Below, piece after piece: positions 1 to 8,573 of a stretch of 62,955 bases of DNA. Source of the stretch: Planctomycetota bacterium (GTDB lineage Bacteria; Planctomycetota; Phycisphaerae; Phycisphaerales; UBA1924); NCBI GenBank assembly GCA_022563015.1, contig JADFOF010000001.1:1-62955 (forward strand), read 5' to 3'. Under the pieces are notes generated by a model, which was given only the letters and a program-made list of their open reading frames with translations, made no database searches and had not been told where the DNA came from. The position numbers and the translations under genes were made by a program. Positions within the stretch are counted from its first letter, which is position 1. Each line of letters opens with the position of its first letter.

Positions 1-627
1 ACGGTCCGCGACACGTGGTCCGGCGGTCGGGTCAACGAGCAGATGCTGGCGTCGATGGGGTACATCGTGTTCCGGGCCGATCCGCGCAGCGCCAGTGGCA
101 AGGGGGCCGTGAGTGCGTGGACCGCGTACCAGCGGCTGGGCGTCGGCGAATTGAGCGATATCGAGGACGCGATCCGCTGGATCACGGCTCACGAATGGGC
201 GGACAAAGCACGGGTGGGCATAAGCGGGCACAGCTACGGCGGGTTCATGACGGCGTACGCGCTCACGCACAGCGATCTGTTCGCCGCCGGAATCGCGAGC
301 GCCCCGGTGACCGACTGGAGGGATTACGACACGATCTACACCGAGCGCTACATGAACACGCCGGCGGAGAACCCCGACGGCTATGCCGAGTCATCGGTCG
401 TGGCGGCGGCTAAAAACCTGCACGGGCGCCTCCTGCTGCTGCACGGGGAGATGGACGACAACGTGCACATGCAGAACACGATGCGTCTGGCACGGTCGAT
501 GCAGCAGGCGAACAAAGCGTTCGAGATGATGGTGTACCCCGGGTCTCGGCACGGGATACGGGGCCGGCACTATCAGAAGCTCGTGGTCGATTTCATGCGT
601 AAAACGATCGGGACCGAGAAGCAGTAG
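1..627 (+). CDS. S9-family serine peptidase (prolyl oligopeptidase/DPP-IV-like), C-terminal catalytic domain; 5' end lies outside the window
   Basis: Frame 1 is open from nt 1. GISGHSYGG nucleophile elbow and HGEMDDNVH acid/His region are typical of S9 alpha/beta-hydrolase peptidases. Confidence 0.85.
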   Translation, partial: TVRDTWSGGRVNEQMLASMGYIVFRADPRSASGKGAVSAWTAYQRLGVGELSDIEDAIRWITAHEWADKARVGISGHSYGGFMTAYALTHSDLFAAGIASAPVTDWRDYDTIYTERYMNTPAENPDGYAESSVVAAAKNLHGRLLLLHGEMDDNVHMQNTMRLARSMQQANKAFEMMVYPGSRHGIRGRHYQKLVVDFMRKTIGTEKQ

Positions 628-804
628 GGCGGCTGACGGGAGATATCGGGCGTCCGCGTCGGGATGTGCGGCATGGGTCGGTGTTGTGGCTTTGGTGCGT
701 GCGCCCCGGCGCGGACTTCGAGCCCGACGAGGCGGAAACGCCGATGCAGGACATGGCTCACTCCGTCGGAGGGGCCGTCCGTTCACCACGCCGGGCCACG
801 CCTC

Positions 805-1188
805 ATGTCGCCAAAGCGAATACTCCTGGCTGACGACGATTGTCTGATGACGCACATCCTGCGTCTGAAGATGGAAGAGGCGGGGTACGTCGTGGATGTC
901 GTGCGGGACGGCCTTGAGGGGCTCGAGCGAGCCAGAGAATGTCCGCCGGACATGGTCATCACGGACCTTCAGATGCCGAGGATGGATGGGTTCGGCTTCG
1001 CGTGCGCGTTGCGCGAGGAATCCGCAACGTCGTCCGTTCCGATCGTGCTGCTGACCGGGCGTGGGCACAAGCTCTCAGCGGAACAAATCGCCGGCAGCGG
1101 CATCGTCCAGGTGGTGCCCAAGCCCTTCAGCGCTCGGGAGATCCTGAGAATCGTTCAGTCGCAGATCGGCGCAGAGTCCGCCGCATGA
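805..1188 (+). CDS. single-domain response regulator (CheY-like receiver)
   Basis: ATG at 805 inside ORF 664..1188. KRILLADDD, VITDLQMPRMDG and KPF receiver signatures. Stop overlaps the next start (ATGA at 1185-1188). Confidence 0.85.
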   Translation: MSPKRILLADDDCLMTHILRLKMEEAGYVVDVVRDGLEGLERARECPPDMVITDLQMPRMDGFGFACALREESATSSVPIVLLTGRGHKLSAEQIAGSGIVQVVPKPFSAREILRIVQSQIGAESAA

Positions 1189-2783
1189 CGCTCATGGCCG
1201 ACCGGAACGACGGCTGCGGTGCATCGGTCGAGCGTTTCGCCACCCGATGTGCCGAGCTGGGCGCGATGGTGTGGCGCGTCGGTGAAGGCGCACGATCGCG
1301 GTTGATCCTCGCGGACGAGTTCAGCCGACTGTTCAACACGCGAAGGATGATCGAGTTGGTCAGCCGCAGCAGCGGGGCGCCTTGCGGCGAGGTCGTCGAA
1401 CTGGCGCCCGATCTCTCGCTGGCGATCCTCAGCGAGGGAGGCCCTGAGAAAACAGCGACGGCGGTGATGGTTCTTGGGCATGACTTCGAGCAGACCGCGT
1501 TGTTCAACGAGTGTGCCGATGAGGCGGGGCTGACGCCTGCTGCGGCCGACGCGGAGATCGCGCCGCTGCGGCGGTACGACCGTGAATCGTGCGGGGCCTT
1601 TGTTCGAACGGCCGGATGGATGCTGGCGGACCTGGAGCGGATGGCGGAGCATCACGCCGTGATCGAATCGTTCTCGATGGAGCTGATGGACGCGTACGAG
1701 CAGATCGGGCTGCTCTATCGGCTTGGGCGTGCGATGGGCAGCGGAACGCCGACCGAGCGGTTCGTGACCGATCTGTGCGAGGAGTTGCGGCAGTATTCGA
1801 GATTCGAATGGATTGCGGCGGTGTTCACGCCCGACGCCGAATACACATCGACAGTAGTGGGCGGACCGACAGCCACGGGGCGATCGGCCGAGCATCGACA
1901 CACGCTCGTCCGCTCCGCCTCTGAACTGACGCGGGAGTTGGGCGATGCTCGGTCAGCCATACTCGAGCCAGCCGAGGGCGGGCTTGCGGGCGCGATCAAT
2001 TCCGAGTTGGCGGTGCACACGATCCTTCTTGATGGCAAGCCGGCCGGCGCGCTCGTGGCGGGTGACAAAGCGGGAGATGACCCCGGCGTCAGCAGCAGGG
2101 ATACGCAACTGCTTAAAGTGGCGTCAGAGTTCATGAGCGTCTTCCTGGACAATGCCCGGATGTACGAGGACCAGCGCCGCTTGTTCATGGGCACGCTCCA
2201 GGCGCTCACCGCGTCGATCGACGCCAAGGACCGCTACACGCGTGGCCATTCCGAGCGCGTCGCACACCTGGCCGTCATGCTCAGTGAGGCGATCGGATTT
2301 GACCAGGGGTTCGTCGAGGATGTCCGCATCTGCGGTCTCGTGCACGACGTCGGCAAGATTGGTGTGCCGGAGTCGGTGTTGCAGAAGGTGGGCACGCTCA
2401 CGAAGGAAGAGTTCGTCCTGATTCGTCAGCACCCGGAGATCGGGCACAGAATTCTGCGCAATGTCCCGCAGTTGTCGAACATTCTGCCGGGTGTGCTGCA
2501 CCACCATGAAAGGTGGGACGGCGGCGGGTATCCGCACGGCCTGGCGGGCGAGGAGATCCCGCTCATGGCCCGGCTGCTCAGCGTCGCCGACACGTTCGAT
2601 GCCATGAGTTCGAGTCGATCGTACCGCGAGGCCATGCCACGCGACGTGGTGGTCAAAGAGATTCAGGACTGCGCCGGCACGCAGTTTGATCCGGAGCTGG
2701 CGCGTGCCTTCATCGGTCTTGACTTCCGCGTGTACGACGAGATGGCGCGCGTGCATGGCATGCAGCACGAGTGCGCGGCGTAA
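1185..2783 (+). CDS. GAF-like sensor plus HD-GYP domain c-di-GMP phosphodiesterase
   Basis: HDVGKIGVP and HHHERWDGGGYP (HD-GYP signature), preceded by a GAF-like region. ATG at 1185 is translationally coupled to the receiver gene. The longer ORF from 939 overlaps the receiver and was rejected. Confidence 0.88.
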   Translation: MTLMADRNDGCGASVERFATRCAELGAMVWRVGEGARSRLILADEFSRLFNTRRMIELVSRSSGAPCGEVVELAPDLSLAILSEGGPEKTATAVMVLGHDFEQTALFNECADEAGLTPAAADAEIAPLRRYDRESCGAFVRTAGWMLADLERMAEHHAVIESFSMELMDAYEQIGLLYRLGRAMGSGTPTERFVTDLCEELRQYSRFEWIAAVFTPDAEYTSTVVGGPTATGRSAEHRHTLVRSASELTRELGDARSAILEPAEGGLAGAINSELAVHTILLDGKPAGALVAGDKAGDDPGVSSRDTQLLKVASEFMSVFLDNARMYEDQRRLFMGTLQALTASIDAKDRYTRGHSERVAHLAVMLSEAIGFDQGFVEDVRICGLVHDVGKIGVPESVLQKVGTLTKEEFVLIRQHPEIGHRILRNVPQLSNILPGVLHHHERWDGGGYPHGLAGEEIPLMARLLSVADTFDAMSSSRSYREAMPRDVVVKEIQDCAGTQFDPELARAFIGLDFRVYDEMARVHGMQHECAA

Positions 2784-2798
2784 TGGCGCGAAGGCGAC

Positions 2799-4061
2799 CT
2801 ATTTCACCGCTCTTTCCCACGTGCCGGGCTGTACAGTGTAGTGGTACTTCTCGACGAACCCGTCCGGCGGCGTTTTCTGAATCGCGCGGTCGTGCCGTAC
2901 GATGAACGTGTCACTGCACTCCAATCGCCCGGCCAGCACCACGCCGTCGAACACAGCGCGATCCCGACACGACAGCGTGCCTGATACATATATCAGGCCG
3001 CGGATCTCCGACGGGTATCGATCGTCGATCGTGCTGTCCTCGACGCCTTCGTAAGGAGTTCCGACGGGATTAAAGTTCGTGCCAAGATCCGGTTCGCTGA
3101 GCAGAAACTGTCGAAGTCGAATGGTGATCGAACCCTGAACGAGCAGCGTCGGTTCGCCCGGGCGTGCGGGTTCCATCAGCACGGCCTCTGAGATCCTGGA
3201 AGATGCGCCCACATTGAGCAGGATCAGTGTGCCGACGATGCGGCAGTTTCGCAGGGTGATGTTGGCGCCCTGGCAGTCGATGACGTACAGGCCGGCAGGA
3301 TGAGTCACACCGGTGAACGGCTGGTTGCCGGGGCTGAGGACGACGTCTTCAATTCGGCCGGACGGCAGCGATGCGAAGGGGATGGGCACCGCCCTGGCCG
3401 CGTAGTCGTCAAACAGCACGGGCGCGGGTATGGACCCGAACCCACTGCCCGAGGATGTCAGGCCGAGATAGCTCCCGCCGATCACGCCGCCCGCCGCCTC
3501 GACGTCTGCGTCGATTTCCGACGACATGGCGAAGATGTTGCTGTTGGCGGCGATCGGAGCGTCGGCATACACGATCGCTGCGCTGAACACGATGTCTCCC
3601 GCGACGTGGACCGCGTGCGACAGTGTGCTGAATGGAACGGCGCGGGGTTGAAAGGTCACACTCATGAGTTGCGTGGCCTCACCCACCGTCGCCTCGGCGA
3701 GCACGCTGACCGGGCTGAGCGGCGCCGCATCAAGTGCACTCCATGTGACGGTGACGATGCCCGAGCCGATGGCCTCGGCGTCGACGATGGGTGTCGAGGC
3801 GTACAGCGTTCTCCAGTCGGGCGTGTTCGTCAGGCGATGTCCGGCCAGATCCACGCCCGAGACGGCCAGCATCCGAGCTTTCCCGACGCTGCCGACCAGC
3901 CTCGAGGACTGCAACTCGCGCGCGACGACGGCGATGGTGGTCAGCCCGATGGTCGTCAGGATCGCCGAGACGATGATGACCAACAGATAGATGCTGCCGC
4001 GTCGCGTCGACGGGCGTGCACCGTGCGGTGCTCGTGTGTGCTCGTGCGGCGTTCGGATCAT
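2799..4061 (-). CDS. membrane-anchored protein, last gene of the pilus-like operon (possible GspK/PilX-like minor component)
   Basis: N-terminal hydrophobic anchor RRGSIYLLVIIVSAILTTIGL without a prepilin cleavage motif. ATG at 4061 overlaps the upstream stop (ATGA). No recognisable catalytic motif. Confidence 0.55.
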   Translation of the reverse strand: MIRTPHEHTRAPHGARPSTRRGSIYLLVIIVSAILTTIGLTTIAVVARELQSSRLVGSVGKARMLAVSGVDLAGHRLTNTPDWRTLYASTPIVDAEAIGSGIVTVTWSALDAAPLSPVSVLAEATVGEATQLMSVTFQPRAVPFSTLSHAVHVAGDIVFSAAIVYADAPIAANSNIFAMSSEIDADVEAAGGVIGGSYLGLTSSGSGFGSIPAPVLFDDYAARAVPIPFASLPSGRIEDVVLSPGNQPFTGVTHPAGLYVIDCQGANITLRNCRIVGTLILLNVGASSRISEAVLMEPARPGEPTLLVQGSITIRLRQFLLSEPDLGTNFNPVGTPYEGVEDSTIDDRYPSEIRGLIYVSGTLSCRDRAVFDGVVLAGRLECSDTFIVRHDRAIQKTPPDGFVEKYHYTVQPGTWERAVK

Positions 4062-4567
4062 GGACTGTCCCACGTTTGTGTGCGAAGGGCGACGATGGAG
4101 TCGAGCGTCGTTCCCTTTCGCCGAACCGAGACCGTGATCTCGATGACGCCCGTGTCGCCGATCATCTCGTCGAGCGTGTCCATCGCGACGTGACGGCAGG
4201 TGACGGAGCGATTCCAGCCGGCGAAACCGTTCAGCGGCGCGCCGTCTTTCGACTGCGGCGGCGACACGGACCAGCCGTGGTAGTCGTCCACATCGTCGAA
4301 GAGTGCCCGCGTGCCGGAGACTTCGCCGGGCTCAGGCCCGAGGTTCACGCCTGCGCCGAGCGTTGGGTCGGCGTACGGGAGACTGAGAATCTCGGACATC
4401 AGATCGGACGCAAGCAGGCGCGCTCGTTGCCTTTGCGCCAGACGATGCCGCGTCATGGCGGCGGCTCCGATGACGTTCAACGACGCCACCAGTACGCCAC
4501 CGACGATGATGGTCGAAATGGCTGCCTCCACGAGCGTGAAGCCGAAGCAGTGGCGAAAAGAGGTCAC
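4058..4567 (-). CDS. minor pseudopilin with prepilin-type N-terminal methylation motif
   Basis: N-terminus HCFGFTLVEAAISTIIVGG (G|FTLVE). GTG start at 4567 overlaps the upstream stop (GTGA). Confidence 0.75.
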   Translation of the reverse strand: MTSFRHCFGFTLVEAAISTIIVGGVLVASLNVIGAAAMTRHRLAQRQRARLLASDLMSEILSLPYADPTLGAGVNLGPEPGEVSGTRALFDDVDDYHGWSVSPPQSKDGAPLNGFAGWNRSVTCRHVAMDTLDEMIGDTGVIEITVSVRRKGTTLDSIVALRTQTWDSP

Positions 4568-5622
4568 GGCAACTCCGGGTGGTTGTACACAAGAGTCGCA
4601 CCGCGTGCCGGCGGCGCCGCGTTCGCCTCGAGAATCCCTGACAGCCGCCGAAGCTCGACGTGAGTGATCGTCGTGTCCGGCAGGCGGGTCAGGGTCGTGC
4701 CACGCAATCGGTAGGGCGTGCTGAGCGAATCGGTCTGGTACCAGGTTGCCGCTCCGTCATCGCTGAGCCATGCGGCAGAGCGTGTCGACACCTGCGAAAC
4801 CATGGGCAGTTCCGCCGAGACCCCGTCTGCCGCATCAGAAAGGACGATGCACACGCCCTCGTTGGGTGCAAGAGCGGGGACGTTGGTGAATGTGTGCCGC
4901 GTCCATTGATGACTCAGAGGCAGGTCTCCTTCCAACACGATCGTGGACGCCAGCACCTGCCCGCTGGGCGCGTTGTTCGGGCCGGGCGCCTGCAACTCGA
5001 TGAGGACCTTTTCAGACGCGTCTCCCGTGGAGCTTTTCCTCATTTGCAGGTCGATGCTCGTGAGTGTCCAGCTCAGCGTGCCCTTGGGAAACTCGGGTCG
5101 AACGTACTGGGACACGGTAAATGATGCGATCACAAAGGTTGTCCCGAACGAGCCCGTGAAGAATGCAAGATCCTGCTCAACGGAGTTGAGCGTGCCGCCG
5201 GGGATGACTTCATCGCGACTGGCTGTGTCGTATTCCAGCTCGAAGCGGGTGATGCCCTGAGCAACCGTTGTCGGCGCGTTGGCGTTGAGTTGACGCTGCA
5301 GCGGATCGCCGGGCGTCCCGCTCCATGAGTATCGGATGATGTCGTCAACGTTGTCACCTGTGCGGTCGGGCAGCGTAAAGGTCAGGGCGGTCGGCGTGTG
5401 CTCAGTCACGGTGATGGCGAGCGAGGCTTCTTCCAGCAGCCTGTTCAAAGCCCCGCCCAGCGACGACAGCGTGCTCGCGGGCGACGGCCGCGGGCTGACC
5501 GCGCGTGAGGCGACGATGACAGCCGAAGAGACCGCCCCGATGATGAGCGTGACGATGCTCATGCTCACGACCATTTCAATGAGCGTCAGGGCTCGGGCTA
5601 GATTGTGCGTGGAGTGTCTCAC
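4564..5622 (-). CDS. GspJ-like minor pseudopilin with C-terminal extension
   Basis: ARALTLIEMVVSMSIVTLIIG prepilin-like N-terminus. GTG at 5622 overlaps the stop of the upstream gene (GTGA). The 506-aa ORF version would overlap the upstream pseudopilin gene. Confidence 0.7.
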   Translation of the reverse strand: MRHSTHNLARALTLIEMVVSMSIVTLIIGAVSSAVIVASRAVSPRPSPASTLSSLGGALNRLLEEASLAITVTEHTPTALTFTLPDRTGDNVDDIIRYSWSGTPGDPLQRQLNANAPTTVAQGITRFELEYDTASRDEVIPGGTLNSVEQDLAFFTGSFGTTFVIASFTVSQYVRPEFPKGTLSWTLTSIDLQMRKSSTGDASEKVLIELQAPGPNNAPSGQVLASTIVLEGDLPLSHQWTRHTFTNVPALAPNEGVCIVLSDAADGVSAELPMVSQVSTRSAAWLSDDGAATWYQTDSLSTPYRLRGTTLTRLPDTTITHVELRRLSGILEANAAPPARGATLVYNHPELP

Positions 5623-6080
5623 GGCGTATTCACCGCGCTGGCGCCGGTATCGTCCAGGAGAACGGACGCGGTGTGCCCGGACGAGGTGACAACCAGCGTC
5701 AACTGCACATCGGGCCGGCCGAAGCCGTCGAATGTGACCCGGTTGCCCGGCGGCAGCGACGCGACGGTGATGGATGAGGCGTAGGGCGGATCGGTCAGGA
5801 TAATGACGGACTCGACCCAGGCGGTGTCCGCCGGATCGACAATCGTCGTGTAGCCGCTGCCGTCGCTCAGAAAGACAACCGCCACGCTCGTGCTCTTTGC
5901 GGACGCGAGTGTGGCGGCGTGTTCCAGATCGGCGGCGAGTCGGTGGGCGGCCGAGCGGACCCGGAACGTGGCCTGCGCCGAGCCGTACCGCGGGATCGCG
6001 ATCGCGGTCAGGATTCCCATGATCGCCACCACAAGCGTGAGCTCGATAAGACTGAACGCCGGGCGCACGCGGCGCGGCAT
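5619..6080 (-). CDS. GspH/FimT-like minor pseudopilin
   Basis: ATG at 6080. MPRRVRPAFSLIELTLVVAIMGILTAIAIPRY followed by RVRSAAHRLAADLEHA, typical of GspH-type pseudopilins. Confidence 0.75.
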   Translation of the reverse strand: MPRRVRPAFSLIELTLVVAIMGILTAIAIPRYGSAQATFRVRSAAHRLAADLEHAATLASAKSTSVAVVFLSDGSGYTTIVDPADTAWVESVIILTDPPYASSITVASLPPGNRVTFDGFGRPDVQLTLVVTSSGHTASVLLDDTGASAVNTP

Positions 6081-6189
6081 GCATTGTGGTCCAAAGAGTG
6101 CGCGACGCCGACTGTAGTTTGATGCAAAGACGTGGCGAAAAGCGTCAAGCGGCACGTCGATCCTCCCCGCGCGCGCCTCCGAAGGTCTA

Positions 6190-6660
6190 TCAATACGAGC
6201 TGAACGGAACGCCCTTGGAGTCCGTCTCGCCACCGTCATAGATCACGATCTTTCCGGTGATTGCGTCGTAGACCCATGCGATTCCTGCTCCCGGTATGGC
6301 GCCGACGGTGGTCAAACCCTTGGACGGCCCGACGGGGGCAGCGGGGATCGAGTGGATGTATGGCCCGAACTCAAACGTGGCGGTCCTCGATGGGTTGGGG
6401 TTGCTGGCCGAGTCCGAATAGGTCTCAAGCAGCAGCTCGAAGTTCAGGAGCGTCGGGTAGTCGCCGTCGTGCTCGGCCGCGTACAGCTCGATCGAGTTTC
6501 GAAGCACGGCCAGGTCGCCGCGCAGAGCGTTCTCGCTGGCACCCTTGCTCCCGCGGCTCATGCGTGGGATGGCCATGGCCCCGATGATTCCGATAATCAC
6601 GACGACAATAACCAGTTCGATGAGGCTGAACGCTCGTGTTCGTTTTCGAGGGTCAGACAT
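6190..6660 (-). CDS. major (pseudo)pilin, GspG/type IV pilin-like
   Basis: ATG at 6660. MSDPRKRTRAFSLIELVIVVVIIGIIGAMAIPRM, then NALRGDLAVLRNSIELY. GGAGA Shine-Dalgarno upstream. Confidence 0.8.
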   Translation of the reverse strand: MSDPRKRTRAFSLIELVIVVVIIGIIGAMAIPRMSRGSKGASENALRGDLAVLRNSIELYAAEHDGDYPTLLNFELLLETYSDSASNPNPSRTATFEFGPYIHSIPAAPVGPSKGLTTVGAIPGAGIAWVYDAITGKIVIYDGGETDSKGVPFSSY

Positions 6661-6677
6661 GCGGTCGTCTCCGTGGC

Positions 6678-6711
6678 AAGTCGGCTCCCATGGTCGCTGT
6701 GCAGCCGACTT
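6678..6711 (-). promoter_or_regulatory. 9-bp-stem hairpin about 18 nt upstream of the major pilin start codon
   Basis: AAGTCGGCT (6678-6686) and AGCCGACTT (6703-6711) are exact reverse complements with a 16-nt loop. It sits in the 98-nt gap between the PilP-like gene and the pilin gene. Confidence 0.45.
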
Positions 6712-6758
6712 CATCCGTATCGGCGTTCGAGCAGAGCCATGAGAGAGTCACGACCAAC

Positions 6759-7349
6759 CTACTGACCGTTTGACGCGGAGAGTCTGATTGTGCGGCCGTT
6801 TTGGGCGAGCAGCACATACGGCGACTGCAGACCCTCTGATCCGCGAAGGCCCATCTCCACGACCAAAAAGCCGTCGAGGCGGTCGCCCACGGTCACTCGT
6901 CGAACGAAAGGCTTGGACTCGTTTGCGGCCTTGACCTCGATGAAGGCGGCTTCGCCCGCAATGTCGTCAAGGTCGCTGCCCGTACGGCTCGCGATCACTC
7001 CGACCAGCCGATGCTCCCTGAGAAACTTTCGCTCTGAGACCAAGATGGTATCTGGCGCGGCGTCGCGCTGGATGCTTCCCTGGCGGTGCTTCGCGGAGAA
7101 GATGTCGGGCAATTCGGAGAGATCGAGATTCTCGGACTGTTTGAGTTGATGCAGGCGAGCGCCGAGCGACGTCTGGTTGCCCTGCTCCTCGACGGTCGTG
7201 GCTGGCGAGGACGACACGGCATACGTCGCCTGAGAGGCGGCGGCATCGGCCGGACCCGTCATGTCGCCACTCAGGACAAAGCGATCGACCGCCAATGCGA
7301 CGATCCCGGTTCCGAGAATCGCGGTCAGGATAAGCCGCTCCCTGGACAC
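6759..7349 (-). CDS. PilP/GspC-like inner-membrane-anchored assembly protein
   Basis: N-terminal TM LILTAILGTGIVALAV. C-terminal HRLVGVI...VTVGDRLDGFLVVEM...LLAQNGRTIRL resembles the PilP/GspC HR domain. Gene position follows PilO. Confidence 0.55.
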   Translation of the reverse strand: MSRERLILTAILGTGIVALAVDRFVLSGDMTGPADAAASQATYAVSSSPATTVEEQGNQTSLGARLHQLKQSENLDLSELPDIFSAKHRQGSIQRDAAPDTILVSERKFLREHRLVGVIASRTGSDLDDIAGEAAFIEVKAANESKPFVRRVTVGDRLDGFLVVEMGLRGSEGLQSPYVLLAQNGRTIRLSASNGQ

Positions 7350-7400
7350 GGATATATGGGTGCAAACACACGCGTCAATTTCAAGGAGGCCGCCGAGATA

Positions 7401-7955
7401 TTATTTGTCCCGCTCCGGCAAAACATACCACGCCAGTTCGAGGTGAAACTCGGGCGTCTCGCCGGCCGCCGCCGGGTTGGTCGCGATCTGGAACGATCGG
7501 ACGTTCACATCGGGATACTGCTCGACGAGCGCATGAATGAAGCGCGTCGTTGCCAGAAAGCCCCCTTTTCCCGACAGCAGTATCGGAACGATCGCGTGCA
7601 ACTCGTTGTCTATCGTTTCGCTAGCCGTGCTCGACTCCACGATCAGCCCGGTGTTCTGCGCCAACTCCGTAATCAGGCTGATGGTGTGGTTCGCCTGCGC
7701 CCGGTCCGACAAGTGGATGGCTCCTGAGATCCGGGCGCGCACGTCGGCCAGCGCCGTCTCGATTCGTTGCTCATCCACGCGGTGCTGGGCCGCGAGTTGC
7801 CGTGACGCCTCGAGGTGCTGATGAAGGGCGCGACGCTCGGATCGTGCGTCGAAGATGGGGCGAAACCCGACCCCGTACCCCGCGCCGAGGATGACAAGCG
7901 ACGCGATGGCGCCGCTCATGTCGACCTTGAAGAACGTGCTCAGCCAGGTCTGCAT
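7401..7955 (-). CDS. PilO/GspM-like assembly protein
   Basis: Single N-terminal TM, a coiled-coil segment, then a ferredoxin-like C-terminal region. Position follows the PilN-like gene. Confidence 0.55.
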   Translation of the reverse strand: MQTWLSTFFKVDMSGAIASLVILGAGYGVGFRPIFDARSERRALHQHLEASRQLAAQHRVDEQRIETALADVRARISGAIHLSDRAQANHTISLITELAQNTGLIVESSTASETIDNELHAIVPILLSGKGGFLATTRFIHALVEQYPDVNVRSFQIATNPAAAGETPEFHLELAWYVLPERDK

Positions 7956-7958
7956 GGG

Positions 7959-8573
7959 CTAGTCCACCTCCTCGATGAGAGTGCACCGGATGGTGAACGC
8001 GATGGAGCCTTCAAGGCCCCTCTGGTCGCGCGCGCTCTGCTCGATGATGACCCGGCTGAACAGACTCAGCTCCTCCAGCCGGACTGAGAACAGCGATACC
8101 TGGTGGGCGGATACGCCGGTGCCGGAGAGCACCAGGTCCCGCGGCTGTGGGCGTGGCTGAGCCGCGGCCGTCCCCTCAGGCGTGCGACTCCGGGGTCGTG
8201 TCGGTGCGGGCCGCTCCAGCCCGATCCGAGCGAGCACGATCTGTTCGCCGGTGCGCGCGGCGACAGCAGCCAGCAGGATGCTCCAGTCCGGCTGATCTCT
8301 GATTCGTTCCGCCGCGTAGAGCCCCGCCCAGGCGTGCTCCAGCTCCCGATCGAGAGAAACGATCCGATCCTCGAGCACCCGGTTGGATCCTTCCGAGTCC
8401 TCAAGCATCTCGCGGAGCTGCGCGCGATCGTCGCGCCAGGTGGCCGCGACGGTCACAAACACACCGGTGAGCACCATCGTGCCGATGCAGATGCCGCCGA
8501 TCCACGCTCGCGTGCGCACTTTTCGGCATCGTGCGATCCGGCGAGCTGCCGGCAATAGATTCGCCATGATCAT
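7959..8573 (-). CDS. PilN-like assembly protein
   Basis: N-terminal NLLP motif followed by TM IGGICIGTMVLTGVFVTVAA. Start overlaps the PilM-like stop. Confidence 0.6.
   Translation of the reverse strand: MIMANLLPAARRIARCRKVRTRAWIGGICIGTMVLTGVFVTVAATWRDDRAQLREMLEDSEGSNRVLEDRIVSLDRELEHAWAGLYAAERIRDQPDWSILLAAVAARTGEQIVLARIGLERPAPTRPRSRTPEGTAAAQPRPQPRDLVLSGTGVSAHQVSLFSVRLEELSLFSRVIIEQSARDQRGLEGSIAFTIRCTLIEEVD

Noticed and set aside
939-6084. Maximal-length versions of the HD-GYP ORF (939..2783) and the pseudopilin ORFs (4564..6084, 5619..6239, 6190..6714)
   Set aside because: Internal ATG or GTG starts that overlap the upstream stop codon (ATGA/GTGA) put the prepilin motif or domain at the expected N-terminal position and remove large gene overlaps.
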